Origin: Mobula hypostoma
Taxonomy: Eukaryota
Length of the DNA stretch: 64,000 bases
Assembly (NCBI RefSeq): GCF_963921235.1
Contig: NC_086097.1
Coordinates: 195,054,001 to 195,118,000, forward strand
Direction: 5' to 3'
Every line of letters starts with the position of its first letter. Position 1 is the first letter of the stretch. The position numbers and the translations under genes were made by a program. The notes beneath the pieces were generated by a model, which saw only the letters and a program-made list of their open reading frames with translations, made no database searches and had not been told where the DNA came from. Positions 63,937 to 64,000 of this stretch are shown here, in pieces.

Positions 63937-63972
63937 AGTCCTGACGAAGGGTCTCGGCCTGAAACGTCGACT
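63937..63972 (+). ncRNA. Minimal type I hammerhead ribozyme in the Penelope pLTR
   Basis: Stem I AGTC/GACT, core CTGACGA, stem II GGGTC/GGCCT, GAAAC-GTC with a palindromic loopless stem III. Confidence 0.8.
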
Positions 63973-64000
63973 GCACCTCTTCCTGGAGATGCTGCCTGGC

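Larger units (their letters stand above)
61885..64000 (+). mobile_element. Penelope-like retroelement: inverted upstream pLTR, 5'-truncated RT + GIY-YIG ORF, 3' pLTR running off the window
   Basis: 61885-62174 is the reverse complement of 63780-64000+; this inverted-pLTR architecture is typical of PLEs. Confidence 0.95.

Overview
Repeat-dominated eukaryotic genomic DNA. The repeat landscape (CR1 with (CTTATGGT)n tails, Rex1/Babar, Penelope with hammerhead-bearing pseudo-LTRs, HE1-like V-SINE) suggests a cartilaginous fish, probably a ray (inference). No intact host gene could be established. Nearly all long ORFs are transposon-derived: three LTR-bounded Gypsy elements plus a Gypsy pol relic, two Hero-type (RLE) LINE copies, many CR1 and Rex1 pieces, an I/Nimb LINE with RNase H, RTE and Vingi fragments, two Penelope families, Tc1 derivatives and a non-autonomous Helitron. 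The standout is a young 4.1-kb Gypsy element (1338-5448; ~700-bp LTRs, tRNA-Pro PBS, CTCA TSD, PNMA-type gag). Its shrunken pol carries, in frame, intron-less, internally deleted pieces of a myosin heavy-chain rod (MYH16-like) in place of RNase H/integrase, i.e. an apparently mobile retrotransposon-myosin chimera. Also notable: a Helitron retaining only an STPR-like 23-aa repeat ORF, a minimal hammerhead ribozyme, a compound CR1-CR1 block with monomer-type 5'UTRs, and a Tc1 derivative with two right ends. All family assignments come from motif recognition by eye, not database searches.
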